From a bacterium (GTDB lineage Bacteria; UBA10199; 2-02-FULL-44-16; JAAZCA01): DNA of 64,000 bases. Position numbers and translations under genes: made by a program. The stretch covers positions 5,082-69,081 of the forward strand of contig JBAZOP010000003.1 in the NCBI GenBank assembly GCA_041648665.1, given 5' to 3'. This document shows positions 1 through 9,095 of this stretch, one piece after another (the stretch's first letter is position 1; each line of letters starts with the position of its first letter). Under the pieces are notes generated by a model. The model worked only from the letters and a program-made list of their open reading frames with translations, had not been told where the DNA came from and searched no databases.

Positions 1-162
1 CAGGGCGTGATCGAGCCCGGCGAGGAGATCGTCGTGGCCAAGCGCGGCCAGCCAGCCCAGGGACGGGTGAGCAGGATGCGAGGCCGGGTTGCGCAGCAGG
101 CAGAGGCGGAACCGACGAACAACGGTCGCGACGAAGAGCCGCCGCCGGATGATCTGCCGTGA
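1..162 (+). CDS. 3' end of an unknown gene (partial; runs off the window start)
   Basis: Frame 1 is open from base 1 to TGA at 160-162. Its stop overlaps the next start (GTGA), which is typical of this genome. Confidence 0.3.
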   Translation, partial: QGVIEPGEEIVVAKRGQPAQGRVSRMRGRVAQQAEAEPTNNGRDEEPPPDDLP

Positions 163-383
163 TCCTGTACGTGATCTACCGCCCGACCACCTCGGACCAC
201 TCTGGCAAGTGGGTTGTGCGAAAGCACTACATCCTGCCAGGGGTTCCGGTGGGCGTGCCCGACTCAACCGGAGCGGTGCTGGCCGACACCCTGGAGCAGG
301 CCCGTGCCCAAGTCCCCGCTGGGCTGGAGTGCATCGTGCGGCATCCCGACGACGATCCGGTGATCGAAGAGACTTGGCTGTGA
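159..383 (+). CDS. hypothetical protein (74 aa)
   Basis: ORF track 159..383 with balanced composition. GTG start overlaps the upstream stop. Confidence 0.4.
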   Translation: MILYVIYRPTTSDHSGKWVVRKHYILPGVPVGVPDSTGAVLADTLEQARAQVPAGLECIVRHPDDDPVIEETWL

Positions 384-396
384 TACCATCGATCGC

Positions 397-666
397 ATGA
401 GACTCGCCCTCGTCCTGCTCTGCACTTTCGTCTGCGGCTGCGGCAACTGCAATCCGGTCCACAACCCCGTCTCCTCCGAGTACCCCTGCGGCACCCGGGC
501 GCATGCGTGCTCGACAGCGCCGCTGAGCTGCTGCTGGAACGATCTCGTGTGCGGCGGAGAGGTCGGCAGCGGGTGCCCGGCTGGGATGTGCTGCTACGGT
601 GGGGACTCGTTCGCCGCGCGCCAGGACGGCGGCAACGCCGCACCGTCGAGGCAGTGGCAACCCTGA
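397..666 (+). CDS. small Cys-rich secreted protein or lipoprotein
   Basis: N-terminus MRLALVLLCTFVCGCGNC looks like a signal peptide plus lipobox. 14 Cys in 89 aa. Confidence 0.45.
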   Translation: MRLALVLLCTFVCGCGNCNPVHNPVSSEYPCGTRAHACSTAPLSCCWNDLVCGGEVGSGCPAGMCCYGGDSFAARQDGGNAAPSRQWQP

Positions 667-741
667 ATCGTTGTGGTACTCTTGAAGCAGTGGCACCGGC
701 TGACGCGGCCCCCCCCTCCGCGTCGTCGGTGCTGCTCTTTA

Positions 742-1266
742 TCAGAAGCCCATGCGGAAGGGCGAGTTCGGATCACTCTCGTGGCGGATCTCGTCCACAT
801 CGCCATCGCGATTCATCCCCTTGTAAAGCCGGTCTGGGAAGTTCACGACGAGCCCTGGAACCGCGCCCACGTTGCGGTACCCGTGCACGACCCCCGGGGG
901 AACGATCAGCATGCACGGGTTGGAATCGCCCATCCACAGCTTCATCGACTTGCCGTACGTGGGCGAGCCCTTCCGGTTGTCCCAGAGCATGATCAAGAAG
1001 TCTGACGGCCCTGTGAAGCAGAACATGTCCGTCTGCTCCTTATGCTCATGCGGCCCGCGGTCAACGCCGGGGCCGGTCATGGACAAGTAGCACATGGCAG
1101 GAACGGGGATGTTGTCGGACGCGAACTTCAGGTTCGCCCACTTCGCGCACCGCTTGATCTCGTCGTGCCTAAGAAGCTCGCACAGCCAGCCCCTATCGTC
1201 CGTGTGCTTGCTCAGGATCGCAAAGTATATACCCTCCAACCAGTTGCCTTCTTTTTTGAGTTCCAC
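742..1266 (-). CDS. rmlC: dTDP-4-dehydrorhamnose 3,5-epimerase
   Basis: Cupin motifs (WMGDSNPCMLIVPPGVVHGYRNVG, FTGPSDFLIMLWDNRKGSPTYG). GTG start at 1266 preceded by GGAGGT and immediately following the rmlA stop. Confidence 0.8.
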   Translation of the reverse strand: MELKKEGNWLEGIYFAILSKHTDDRGWLCELLRHDEIKRCAKWANLKFASDNIPVPAMCYLSMTGPGVDRGPHEHKEQTDMFCFTGPSDFLIMLWDNRKGSPTYGKSMKLWMGDSNPCMLIVPPGVVHGYRNVGAVPGLVVNFPDRLYKGMNRDGDVDEIRHESDPNSPFRMGF

Positions 1267-1268
1267 AA

Positions 1269-2348
1269 CTACCTCCTGCCGCACGTGATGACCGTGTCGT
1301 CCCCAACGGTGAGAGACAGCCCGCTGTGCGCCAGCGTGTCCTTGATGACTACGCGCCTTCCGACCAGAGCATCCTCCAGGCGGGGCACGCCGACAATCCG
1401 GCTGTCCTCCATGATGACCGAGTGCGACACGGTAGACTCGACGACGCACGCTCTGTCGCCAATCGACGTGAATGGGTCAATCCTTGAGTTGCAGATGCTC
1501 GCGCCCAAACCGATGATGACCGGGCCTCGGATCGTGGAGTTCTGGATAATGGCCCCGTTGCCAACGCGTACGCGGCCCCACAGCTTGCTCTTCTCATCTA
1601 TGTGCGCCCCTGCGCTACCAGACTCCAGGAGGCTGTCCAGAACCGTGTCGTTCGCGAGCAGGAGGTCGTCCTTCTTGCCGGTGTCGAGCCACCACGATGT
1701 GACCATCGAGTAGCCGACCTTGCCGCCCATCTCGATCAGCTCCTCGATCGCATCGGTGATCTCCAGCTCGCCTCGCTTCGACGGCTTGATTCGATCGATC
1801 GCCTCGAAGATGCGCGCGCGGAACAAGTAGATCCCCACGAGAGCGAGATTCGAGATGCGCTCCTTCGGCTTCTCGATCAGCTGGACGATCCCGCCATCCT
1901 TGTTGAGGACAGCAACGCCATACGATGCCGGGTTCGAGACCTCCTTGAGCATGACCGCCGCGTCCACGCCCTTCTGCCATACAAACTCCTGGACCGGAGC
2001 AACGATCGACGTGCCGATCAGGTTGTCTCCAAGGTACATGCAGAAGTCGCTGTCGCCCAGAAACGGCTTCGCCACCAGAACCGCGTGGGCAAGCCCAGCA
2101 GGCTGCTCCTGGCGGATGAATGTGAACTTCACGCCCCACTTAGTTCCGTCCCCGAGCGCTTGCTGAATCTCAAGCCCGGTCTCGGGCGAGATGATCACCC
2201 CGATGTCCCTGACGCTCGCGCGCGCGAGGCTCTCGATGACGTAGAACAGGATCGGCTTGTTCGCCACGGGCACGAGCTGCTTCGCTCCGCTGTACGTGAT
2301 CGGACGAAGTCGGGTTCCACAACCCCCCGCGAGGACGAGTCCCTTCAC
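1269..2348 (-). CDS. rmlA: glucose-1-phosphate thymidylyltransferase, long form with C-terminal left-handed beta-helix
   Basis: N-terminal GLVLAGGCGTRLRP nucleotidyltransferase motif and a C-terminal hexapeptide-repeat region. GTG start overlaps the rmlB stop (GTGA). Confidence 0.8.
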   Translation of the reverse strand: MKGLVLAGGCGTRLRPITYSGAKQLVPVANKPILFYVIESLARASVRDIGVIISPETGLEIQQALGDGTKWGVKFTFIRQEQPAGLAHAVLVAKPFLGDSDFCMYLGDNLIGTSIVAPVQEFVWQKGVDAAVMLKEVSNPASYGVAVLNKDGGIVQLIEKPKERISNLALVGIYLFRARIFEAIDRIKPSKRGELEITDAIEELIEMGGKVGYSMVTSWWLDTGKKDDLLLANDTVLDSLLESGSAGAHIDEKSKLWGRVRVGNGAIIQNSTIRGPVIIGLGASICNSRIDPFTSIGDRACVVESTVSHSVIMEDSRIVGVPRLEDALVGRRVVIKDTLAHSGLSLTVGDDTVITCGRR

Positions 2349-3409
2349 TTCGGCCCCACGCCGAGCCCCAAGCGCTCGCGGTTGTACTTTGCCTTGGCCT
2401 TCTCGCACCAGTCCAGGTGCTCCAGGTACCAGCGGACGGTGTGGCGTATGTCTTTCTCGAAGTCGCGCTTCGGCAACCACCCCGTATGCCTCCACAGCTT
2501 CGATGCTTCGATTGCGTAGCGAAAGTCGTGCCCCGGGCGATCCGTCACGAACCCGATCAGCCTGCGGTATCCGTTCTGGTTCTCTCGTAGCCAGCTGAGC
2601 GCGTCGCAGATCGAATGCACGACCTGTAGCGTGTTCCGCTCTTGGCTACTACCAATGTTGTAGACCTCCCCAGGCGTCCCATCGGTCGCCACACGTATGA
2701 GCGCTTCGCAGTGGTCGTCCACATGGATCCAGTCACGCACGTTCATGCCGTTGCCGTAGACCGGGATGGGCTTGCCCTCGATGGCGTTCAAGATCGTGAG
2801 CGGGATGAGCTTCTCGGGGAACTGGTAGGGGCCGTAGTTGTTCGAGCAGTGCGTGATGATCGTCGGCATCCCGTAGGTCTTGTTGTACGCGCGCACGAGG
2901 TGGTCCGACGCGGCCTTCGTCGCTGCGTAGGGTGAGTTGGGAGCATACGGGCTGTTCTCGGTGAACTTCGCGTCATCCATCCCAAGCGACCCGTAGACTT
3001 CATCGGTGGAGACGTGGATGAATCGGCACGAGCCTGAGCAGCCGCTGCCGCTGCTCCAGTAGTCCTTCACGGCGTTGAGCATCCTCGCTGTGCCCGCAAC
3101 GTTGGTTGACACGAACGGCATGACCCCGTCGATGGATCGGTCCACGTGGGTTTCAGCGGCGAGGTGGAACACGACCGTGGGCTTGAACCACGCAATCTCG
3201 TTGTAGAGATTGCCGGTCCTGATGTCCAGATCCGCAAACTCGAACCGAGGATCTTCAGCCACGTCGGCGAGGTTCTCCATGCTGCCCGCGTAGGTAAGCG
3301 CGTCAATGATGTACACGCTGACCTCGGGCTCCTTGAGCAGCATGCGCACAAGGTTCGATCCGATGAAGCCTGCGCCACCCGTTATGACGTACCTCTTTTC
3401 GCCGCTCAC
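2345..3409 (-). CDS. rmlB: dTDP-glucose 4,6-dehydratase
   Basis: Rossmann motif ITGGAGFIGSNL, catalytic YAATKAASD (YxxxK) and HVSTDEVYG. GTG start at 3409 overlaps the upstream stop. Confidence 0.85.
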   Translation of the reverse strand: MSGEKRYVITGGAGFIGSNLVRMLLKEPEVSVYIIDALTYAGSMENLADVAEDPRFEFADLDIRTGNLYNEIAWFKPTVVFHLAAETHVDRSIDGVMPFVSTNVAGTARMLNAVKDYWSSGSGCSGSCRFIHVSTDEVYGSLGMDDAKFTENSPYAPNSPYAATKAASDHLVRAYNKTYGMPTIITHCSNNYGPYQFPEKLIPLTILNAIEGKPIPVYGNGMNVRDWIHVDDHCEALIRVATDGTPGEVYNIGSSQERNTLQVVHSICDALSWLRENQNGYRRLIGFVTDRPGHDFRYAIEASKLWRHTGWLPKRDFEKDIRHTVRWYLEHLDWCEKAKAKYNRERLGLGVGPK

Positions 3410-3780
3410 TTTCCCGGCTCCCGCTCCCTGGCCTCCGCCGAGATGTTGAAGCGCTGCTCGTACTCGCGACACTTCTTCAGCAGCCGCGTGTTCTCGTTCT
3501 TGTACCAGCTGATCTTGTCCTGCATTGCCCAGTACCGTGAGGCGTACCAGCCCATCTTCTTGCTCAGCGGCGCGAGCACCTTGTACAGCACGTCCACGTC
3601 TCCCTTGGAGAGCTTGCCAAGGAGCACACCCGCAAGCAGAGCCTCCTTGGAGGCCTGCACATCGGCCCCATCCTGCTGGTCAGTGTAGCCAGCTGGCGGG
3701 GCCTCTGGGTACTCGTCCGGGAGACGCGCGGCCCGGTCAAGGTCGGCGGTCTCCACCACAGCTTTCTTCTTTTCAGTCAT
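3406..3780 (-). CDS. hypothetical protein (124 aa)
   Basis: ORF with ATG at 3780, three nucleotides after the SSB stop. Charged composition. Confidence 0.5.
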   Translation of the reverse strand: MTEKKKAVVETADLDRAARLPDEYPEAPPAGYTDQQDGADVQASKEALLAGVLLGKLSKGDVDVLYKVLAPLSKKMGWYASRYWAMQDKISWYKNENTRLLKKCREYEQRFNISAEAREREPGK

Positions 3781-4162
3781 CGCTTCCTCCGTCTCCCTCC
3801 GGAACATCGCCCCCGAGCTGATCTCGAATCGCCTGCGTAACGACCTCGAACGGCACCACCTGCTTGGGCCGGAAGTTGTACCGAGTGATTCGCTTGCCGT
3901 CGATCTCCTCGATCGAGGATCGGATCTCGCCCACAACGTGGACCCACATCCCCTTGCGCAGCCTGTCGGCCATCTTCACGGCGAAGTCCCCGAACCACGC
4001 GAACGTCACCCAGGTCGTGTCCTCCTCCCACTTGTCGTTCTTCAAGTAGGGGATGTTCGCGGCAGCAACGACCTGGAGCCGCTTCTGCCCGTTTAGAAGC
4101 GTCTTCATCGACGGATCTTTGGCGATCCGCCCGAGAAATGTGAACGTTGCGATTCCGCGCAT
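3773..4162 (-). CDS. ssb: single-stranded DNA-binding protein (OB fold)
   Basis: MRGIATFTFLGRIAKDP...WVTFAWFGDFAV...WVHVVGEI...RYNF is a classic SSB pattern, with an acidic C-tail DVPEGDGGSDD. ATG at 4160-4162. Confidence 0.7.
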   Translation of the reverse strand: MRGIATFTFLGRIAKDPSMKTLLNGQKRLQVVAAANIPYLKNDKWEEDTTWVTFAWFGDFAVKMADRLRKGMWVHVVGEIRSSIEEIDGKRITRYNFRPKQVVPFEVVTQAIRDQLGGDVPEGDGGSDD

Positions 4163-4233
4163 CGACGATCTCCTCGCTTTGGGAATATACGAGAGCGTAA
4201 AGCGTCGAAAGGGGCCTGTCAACAGGGAACGGA

Positions 4234-4980
4234 TCAGGCCGCGCGCTTGATGATCTGCGGTCCGAAGTGCTTTCCAGCGAGGTATCCGAGCCCGGCGAAG
4301 ACGAGCAGGGTGACGATCTTCCCCGTCGAGAAGCCGCCTGCGTAGTTCGGGGGCACGAGGCACTTGGGCCGGAACGGCAGAAGGTCGGGGTCCACGTGCC
4401 CCACGTACTGGATCTCGGACAGCTTGCGCTTCTTCGTGCTGATGTACTGGAGCCCGCCGTGATCCTTGTCGGTGTCTCCGCCATCCACGCTCTGAAGCCA
4501 GTCCTCCGCGGCGTTCATGTCCACGCAGGTGAACGTGTGCGTGAGCAGGCCCGAGCCGACGACGAGGTAGCAGCCGGGGAAGAAGGACCAGTCGGCCTTC
4601 CATGCGCCGAACTTCCGGGCGAAGTCGATGAAGCCCTTGTTGTTGCCGCCGCTGAACGCTGTGCCAGCTTCGTAGGGGAGCCACAGGTTCGGGTCTGCGA
4701 CCCCGCTTCGCCGCTGGTTGCCACGCACAACGAGGCCGCAGGTGGAGACGCCAACCGTTGCGTACGTCTCGTAGTTCTCGACGTGGAAGGGCCGGTCCAG
4801 GTCCCAGTAGGCACCAGGAGGTAGGGGGCCAAGGATGTCCTCGAACTCCGCACGCGCCGCAGGGTTGCCGCTCCACGCCGAGAGGCCGATCATGCTCTTG
4901 GCGTTCGCGATGATGACCTCGCGCCGCCCCGCCGGGGTGGAAGGAGTTGCGATCTCGCGGAGAGGAATTGCTGCACCCAT
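4234..4980 (-). CDS. hypothetical membrane-anchored protein (C-terminal TM)
   Basis: 248-aa ORF with C-terminal hydrophobic helix IVTLLVFAGLGYLAG. Tightly packed in the operon. Confidence 0.5.
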   Translation of the reverse strand: MGAAIPLREIATPSTPAGRREVIIANAKSMIGLSAWSGNPAARAEFEDILGPLPPGAYWDLDRPFHVENYETYATVGVSTCGLVVRGNQRRSGVADPNLWLPYEAGTAFSGGNNKGFIDFARKFGAWKADWSFFPGCYLVVGSGLLTHTFTCVDMNAAEDWLQSVDGGDTDKDHGGLQYISTKKRKLSEIQYVGHVDPDLLPFRPKCLVPPNYAGGFSTGKIVTLLVFAGLGYLAGKHFGPQIIKRAA

Positions 4981-4983
4981 GGG

Positions 4984-5688
4984 TTAGCCCGTGTACATGA
5001 TCGACGCGTCGTGCATGGCCTGCGCGAACGAATACGGTTTCGGATCGTCTTCGCTGAACATGCGCCTGTATGACCAGCTTCCATCCGGGGAGTAGATGAA
5101 GATGGTGTCGAAGAACCGCTCGAAATTGTCCGCGATCTCGAACACACCCTCGTCATCAACAGTGATGTGAAGTAGCTCCGTAACAAACCGCTGGTTTGCC
5201 GGATCGCTGAGCCACTTTTTCTTGGACATGTTGTCGTCCGCGCTCCACGACTTCGCCGCGTTGTCGAATACGGCTTCCACGAACCGACGAACTTCCTCTG
5301 GCAACGCGACGCCCTTTGCGGATCGCCTTACCGCCGCGGGACGGCTACGTTCCACATCGTACCCGAACTTCCCCCCGCGCGCTTTTCGTGTCGCTTTCTC
5401 GATCGCGTCCGCGTCGGCAGTGCTAGGCCCCCACGGAGGCCGCTCTTCACCAGCTTCGCGAGCAGCCGTAGAGAACGACACAATCGACCCGACAGCCATG
5501 GCGGCGATCTGGTCGTACGCCATTGGCTCTCGCGTATCCACGACAGTGCCGTACTCGTCCTCCCATGACTTTGGGGCCTGATCCTCGAAACCGATCTTGA
5601 TGCCACCTACCTCCACCGTACCGGAATATTTGGATCGACCAAGATATTCGACCCGGATCTTCGCGTCGCCAATGTACCGCGTTGCCAT
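4984..5688 (-). CDS. hypothetical protein
   Basis: ATG at 5688 (MATRYIGD...) directly after the stop of the esterase gene. The 319-aa track ORF has an Arg-rich, implausible N-extension. Confidence 0.5.
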   Translation of the reverse strand: MATRYIGDAKIRVEYLGRSKYSGTVEVGGIKIGFEDQAPKSWEDEYGTVVDTREPMAYDQIAAMAVGSIVSFSTAAREAGEERPPWGPSTADADAIEKATRKARGGKFGYDVERSRPAAVRRSAKGVALPEEVRRFVEAVFDNAAKSWSADDNMSKKKWLSDPANQRFVTELLHITVDDEGVFEIADNFERFFDTIFIYSPDGSWSYRRMFSEDDPKPYSFAQAMHDASIMYTG

Positions 5689-5689
5689 G

Positions 5690-6523
5690 CTACGCCGCCT
5701 TCCTCCACAACTGATGGAGCAGGAAACCAACGATCGCTCCGCCGACAACAGCCGCGACCTTCGCGCTGCCCCCACCCTTAGCGAACACCAGCTCACCGCG
5801 CGCCCACGGGGCCAGCAGCGTGCGCCACACGGCCTCCTGGCACTCGTTGGCTTGGTAGATGTGCGCCTGCTTGTCGTCGGGCGGGAAGTCCGGTGGGTAC
5901 ACGCCCAGGATGAACAGCGCACCGATCCCAATCGCTTCCGCAACGGGGATGCCCAGGTCGATGTCGATCGGTTTCGCGCCCACGCTGTCGCCCAACGACA
6001 GGGCCGTCTCGCGCGTCCCTGGGTAGGTGGGCGGCAGGATCTTGGAGTGCGTGACGATCATCATCTTCTCGCCGCGCGACGCGCTGGAGGCGAAATCGAG
6101 CCAGTGCTGCCCAACCTTCGTGACCCTCCAGGTCTCGCCCTTCGCTCGCTCTGCGTACGAGGGCTGCGCGCCCTTCCACCCGCCGTGCATGCCATCCACC
6201 ACGTACAACGCGCTCACCGCATCGGAGTCACCCGTGTTCTTGATGATCTGTCCGATGCCCCAGCCGCCTGCGGAAAAGCCCACAAGTCCGATGAGCCCGC
6301 TCGGGTCTGCGCCATGCTCTTCGATGAACGGACGCAGGAACTCGCCACCGTGCGCGTCCTGGTAGTTCTTGACCCAGGCCTGATGGTTGTCCGAGCCCGC
6401 AGCAGAGACGGGGATCGACAGCACGACCGGGCGCACAGATTCGTCAGGCCACAGCTCGCTCAGAAGCGGTCCGCAGATCGTCGGCGTGCAGGAGAAGTCG
6501 GTGATCAAGATGGGGCGGGGCAT
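5690..6523 (-). CDS. alpha/beta-hydrolase fold serine esterase with C-terminal TM anchor
   Basis: Nucleophile elbow GFSAGG (GxSxG) followed by DGMHGGW. AGGAAG RBS before ATG 6523. C-terminal hydrophobic helix. Confidence 0.6.
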   Translation of the reverse strand: MPRPILITDFSCTPTICGPLLSELWPDESVRPVVLSIPVSAAGSDNHQAWVKNYQDAHGGEFLRPFIEEHGADPSGLIGLVGFSAGGWGIGQIIKNTGDSDAVSALYVVDGMHGGWKGAQPSYAERAKGETWRVTKVGQHWLDFASSASRGEKMMIVTHSKILPPTYPGTRETALSLGDSVGAKPIDIDLGIPVAEAIGIGALFILGVYPPDFPPDDKQAHIYQANECQEAVWRTLLAPWARGELVFAKGGGSAKVAAVVGGAIVGFLLHQLWRKAA

Positions 6524-6533
6524 GTGGGTCTTC

Positions 6534-6830
6534 CTACTTCCAGTCGAACGCCTTCACCCAGAAGTCCAGCCCGGGTCCGTTGCCGAACGTGTGCTGAAGC
6601 CTCCTCGTGACAGCTTCCTCACACGCGGAGAAATTCGGCCCTACGCAGTCGATGTTCACCATCGTCACCAGTTGGTCTTCGTGACCCTTCTGCTTGCTGA
6701 AGTCCATACCCTTCGCAAGTACGTCCTGCGGAGCCCAAGCGTCCACAAGTTGGTAGTAGCGCTTCGTCTCGGAGATGACGGAGCTTTCCACTCGAACAAC
6801 GCAGCGAATTTTGCCATCTGACATTTTCAC
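6534..6830 (-). CDS. hypothetical protein (98 aa)
   Basis: GTG start at 6830 with AAGGAG RBS 7 nt upstream. Confidence 0.45.
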   Translation of the reverse strand: MKMSDGKIRCVVRVESSVISETKRYYQLVDAWAPQDVLAKGMDFSKQKGHEDQLVTMVNIDCVGPNFSACEEAVTRRLQHTFGNGPGLDFWVKAFDWK

Positions 6831-6842
6831 GATCGTTCTCCT

Positions 6843-7781
6843 TCACCGCTGGTGCGTCTTGTCCGTCAGCGAGTCGTAGTGCTCACCTTTGTGGCCCTCG
6901 TGCAGCGTGCAATAGTGCCACCGGCTTCCCGCCTGCCACGCGAACTGGCAGCGGTTCGTGGGGTCCAGGAAGGAGTAGCCGTGGCGAGCGTTCGGGATCA
7001 GACGCTGCGTCGCATCGTCACACAGCGAGTCCATGTGCTGTCCACTGTGCCCCTTCTCCCTGGTGCACATAAACGTTCGCTTGCCGCTCTTCCACGTGTA
7101 CTCGCACCGATTTGGGGGCTTCCAGCCCTGCGCCTTGGGATCCGTCAAGCGACTGTAGGCGTTGGGTGCCGCCCGGCCTGACAGAAACGACTTCACTTCA
7201 TCCGGCGTGCCCTCGAAGATGCGGTGCCACGCGGGTTCGTCCGGTGCCGAAAGCTCGACGACCAGGATCGGAGCCCCACGCTTCTCGGACCAGTAGGCGC
7301 ACTTCTTCAGGATGCGGACCTTGGCACCGGGGAAGCCCGCGACGTTGACGCCGCGGGAGTCGGTCGCGAACTTCTCCGCTTCCTGCGCGACCGTGGCAGC
7401 CTTCAAGGCTTCGATGCGAGGCACAGCGGCTTGAACTACGCGAGCGCTGACGTGAGAGCGCTGGGGAGTCTCGTTGTGACAAGCGTTCTTCTTCGCCCAC
7501 GCGCTTGGTACTTCCTGTGCGAAAACCGTGTAGGACTTGCCAAGACGCTCAGACAGCCTGTCTCGCACAGCGGACTCGCAGGCTTTCTCGCTTGGGTCAG
7601 AGCACTCGACCACAACCTGTGTGATCTCTCTCTCGCCTTTCGTCGAACCCATCGGCGCGGTTGTCCGCAGATACGGATCTGCGCTCTTGATGTCTTCTCT
7701 CTTGAAACAATCAAGAATCATCTGCAAGTTGTGCTTATAACACCTGTTGAAAGGCTGCTCGATAACAACATAACAGATCAT
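6843..7781 (-). CDS. hypothetical protein with tandem Cys/His repeat modules
   Basis: Two tandem copies of R-C-x-(F/Y)-x-W-x-x-G-x-R-x-x-x-C-T-x-x-x-G-H-x-G-(E/Q)-H-x-D-S-L, a Zn-binding-like pattern. GGAG RBS before ATG 7781. Confidence 0.5.
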   Translation of the reverse strand: MICYVVIEQPFNRCYKHNLQMILDCFKREDIKSADPYLRTTAPMGSTKGEREITQVVVECSDPSEKACESAVRDRLSERLGKSYTVFAQEVPSAWAKKNACHNETPQRSHVSARVVQAAVPRIEALKAATVAQEAEKFATDSRGVNVAGFPGAKVRILKKCAYWSEKRGAPILVVELSAPDEPAWHRIFEGTPDEVKSFLSGRAAPNAYSRLTDPKAQGWKPPNRCEYTWKSGKRTFMCTREKGHSGQHMDSLCDDATQRLIPNARHGYSFLDPTNRCQFAWQAGSRWHYCTLHEGHKGEHYDSLTDKTHQR

Positions 7782-7789
7782 GACAACTC

Positions 7790-8587
7790 CTATATCGTCT
7801 CGACTTCAACCACCGGAGGGTTCCCCTCCCGATGCCCAACGATTCTCATTCTCCTGCCGAACAAAACCGTCTCCCTGTCATGCGCGGTAGGGGCGGCGAG
7901 GAGCCATTCCGAATGCTCTGTCGTCACAAACACATCCGTCGTCGGGCACGTCAGCTCTGCCACAACCGGGTTGCCGCGCACGACCGTCATCACGTGCTTG
8001 CCATACGCGTACTCTGTCGCCGCCTCAAACGATGGCGTCCACGACTCAAGAGGCCTCGTCTCGACAATCGTTCCGACCTTCGATGACAAGAGCTTGCCAC
8101 CGTGCGCGCTGTGAAGACCTCGGTACACGGTGATGGTCGGCTTCCCGATTTTAGCTACCGTCTCGTCCGAAACCGCCTTCATTGCCAAAGCGATCTTCCT
8201 CGGATCGTAGTCCTCTTTCGCACGCTCGCCCGTGAACATGTCTCGCGTCGCGATCTGCATCTTGCCGGTGTCGTAGTGGTAGATCACGGTCCTGCTAAGC
8301 GCTCCTCGCGGGTCCAGCGTGAACCGGAACGTGCCGTCTTCGTCGTCGTACGGAGCCCCCGGTGTATCTGCCCCGGTGGCAAGCCCGCTCGCTTTCGCAA
8401 TGCTCATCATCACGAGCGTCGGCTCGCAAACCGCAGACGCCCTCCACTGGCTGACCATGAACTCAAGGATCTGGCGCGTCACCGGGTCCGCAGACCAGTT
8501 GCGTCGCGCGCTTCGACTCCTTCGGCCAGCCATGCCCAGGATTCTACAACGACTCGCCAAATTCGACACGCGGCGCGACCCCGCCAT
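7790..8587 (-). CDS. hypothetical protein
   Basis: 265-aa ORF. The start may instead be the internal MAGRRS Met near 8533. Confidence 0.4.
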   Translation of the reverse strand: MAGSRRVSNLASRCRILGMAGRRSRSARRNWSADPVTRQILEFMVSQWRASAVCEPTLVMMSIAKASGLATGADTPGAPYDDEDGTFRFTLDPRGALSRTVIYHYDTGKMQIATRDMFTGERAKEDYDPRKIALAMKAVSDETVAKIGKPTITVYRGLHSAHGGKLLSSKVGTIVETRPLESWTPSFEAATEYAYGKHVMTVVRGNPVVAELTCPTTDVFVTTEHSEWLLAAPTAHDRETVLFGRRMRIVGHREGNPPVVEVETI

Positions 8588-8611
8588 CGGCCTGTCGCGA
8601 GATCGTATTGG

Positions 8612-9091
8612 TTACCGCTCGCTCTGCCACAGATCGCAGCAGAACATCTGCGGAGAATACGGCAACTTGGAAGCATCCTTCGGCTTGATACCCGTCGAAA
8701 GCCGCCAGTTCTGGTACCCGACGTTCGCGCACTGCGCTTGCCGGTTGAGCCACCCGCAGTTGGCGCACATGGCCCCGCCGCTTGGCACGCGGGAGCCCCA
8801 CTTGTGGTCGGGCGGAAACGCGAACACCCCGTTCTTGATCCTGCACACGCACTGGCCACCGTCCGCGTGTGTCTCCATCTCGACGAGGTACGTGTAGTAG
8901 TGCTCGTTCTCGCGAATGTGCGCCATTGCGATGGCAAAGTAGACGAAGGGATCCCCGCGCGCGATGTCGGCGTGTTCCTGCTCCACCCACATGCCGACGA
9001 CCATCTGCTCGACCTGATCGTCGTTCAGCGCAACGCCCAGGCGCGAAGCGATGTGCTTCACGTCCGCGTTGCTGAAACGCTTGCGAGCCAT
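8612..9091 (-). CDS. hypothetical Cys-rich protein
   Basis: 159-aa ORF with CxC...CANCGW...C pairs. Confidence 0.45.
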   Translation of the reverse strand: MARKRFSNADVKHIASRLGVALNDDQVEQMVVGMWVEQEHADIARGDPFVYFAIAMAHIRENEHYYTYLVEMETHADGGQCVCRIKNGVFAFPPDHKWGSRVPSGGAMCANCGWLNRQAQCANVGYQNWRLSTGIKPKDASKLPYSPQMFCCDLWQSER

Positions 9092-9095
9092 GACC

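Noticed and set aside
692-745. Possible bidirectional terminator hairpin (AGCAG..CACCG / CGGTGCTGCT followed by CTTTATC) between the converging plus and minus genes
   Set aside because: The stem is imperfect, with a 3-nt bulge and a long loop. It is too weak to call without folding energy.
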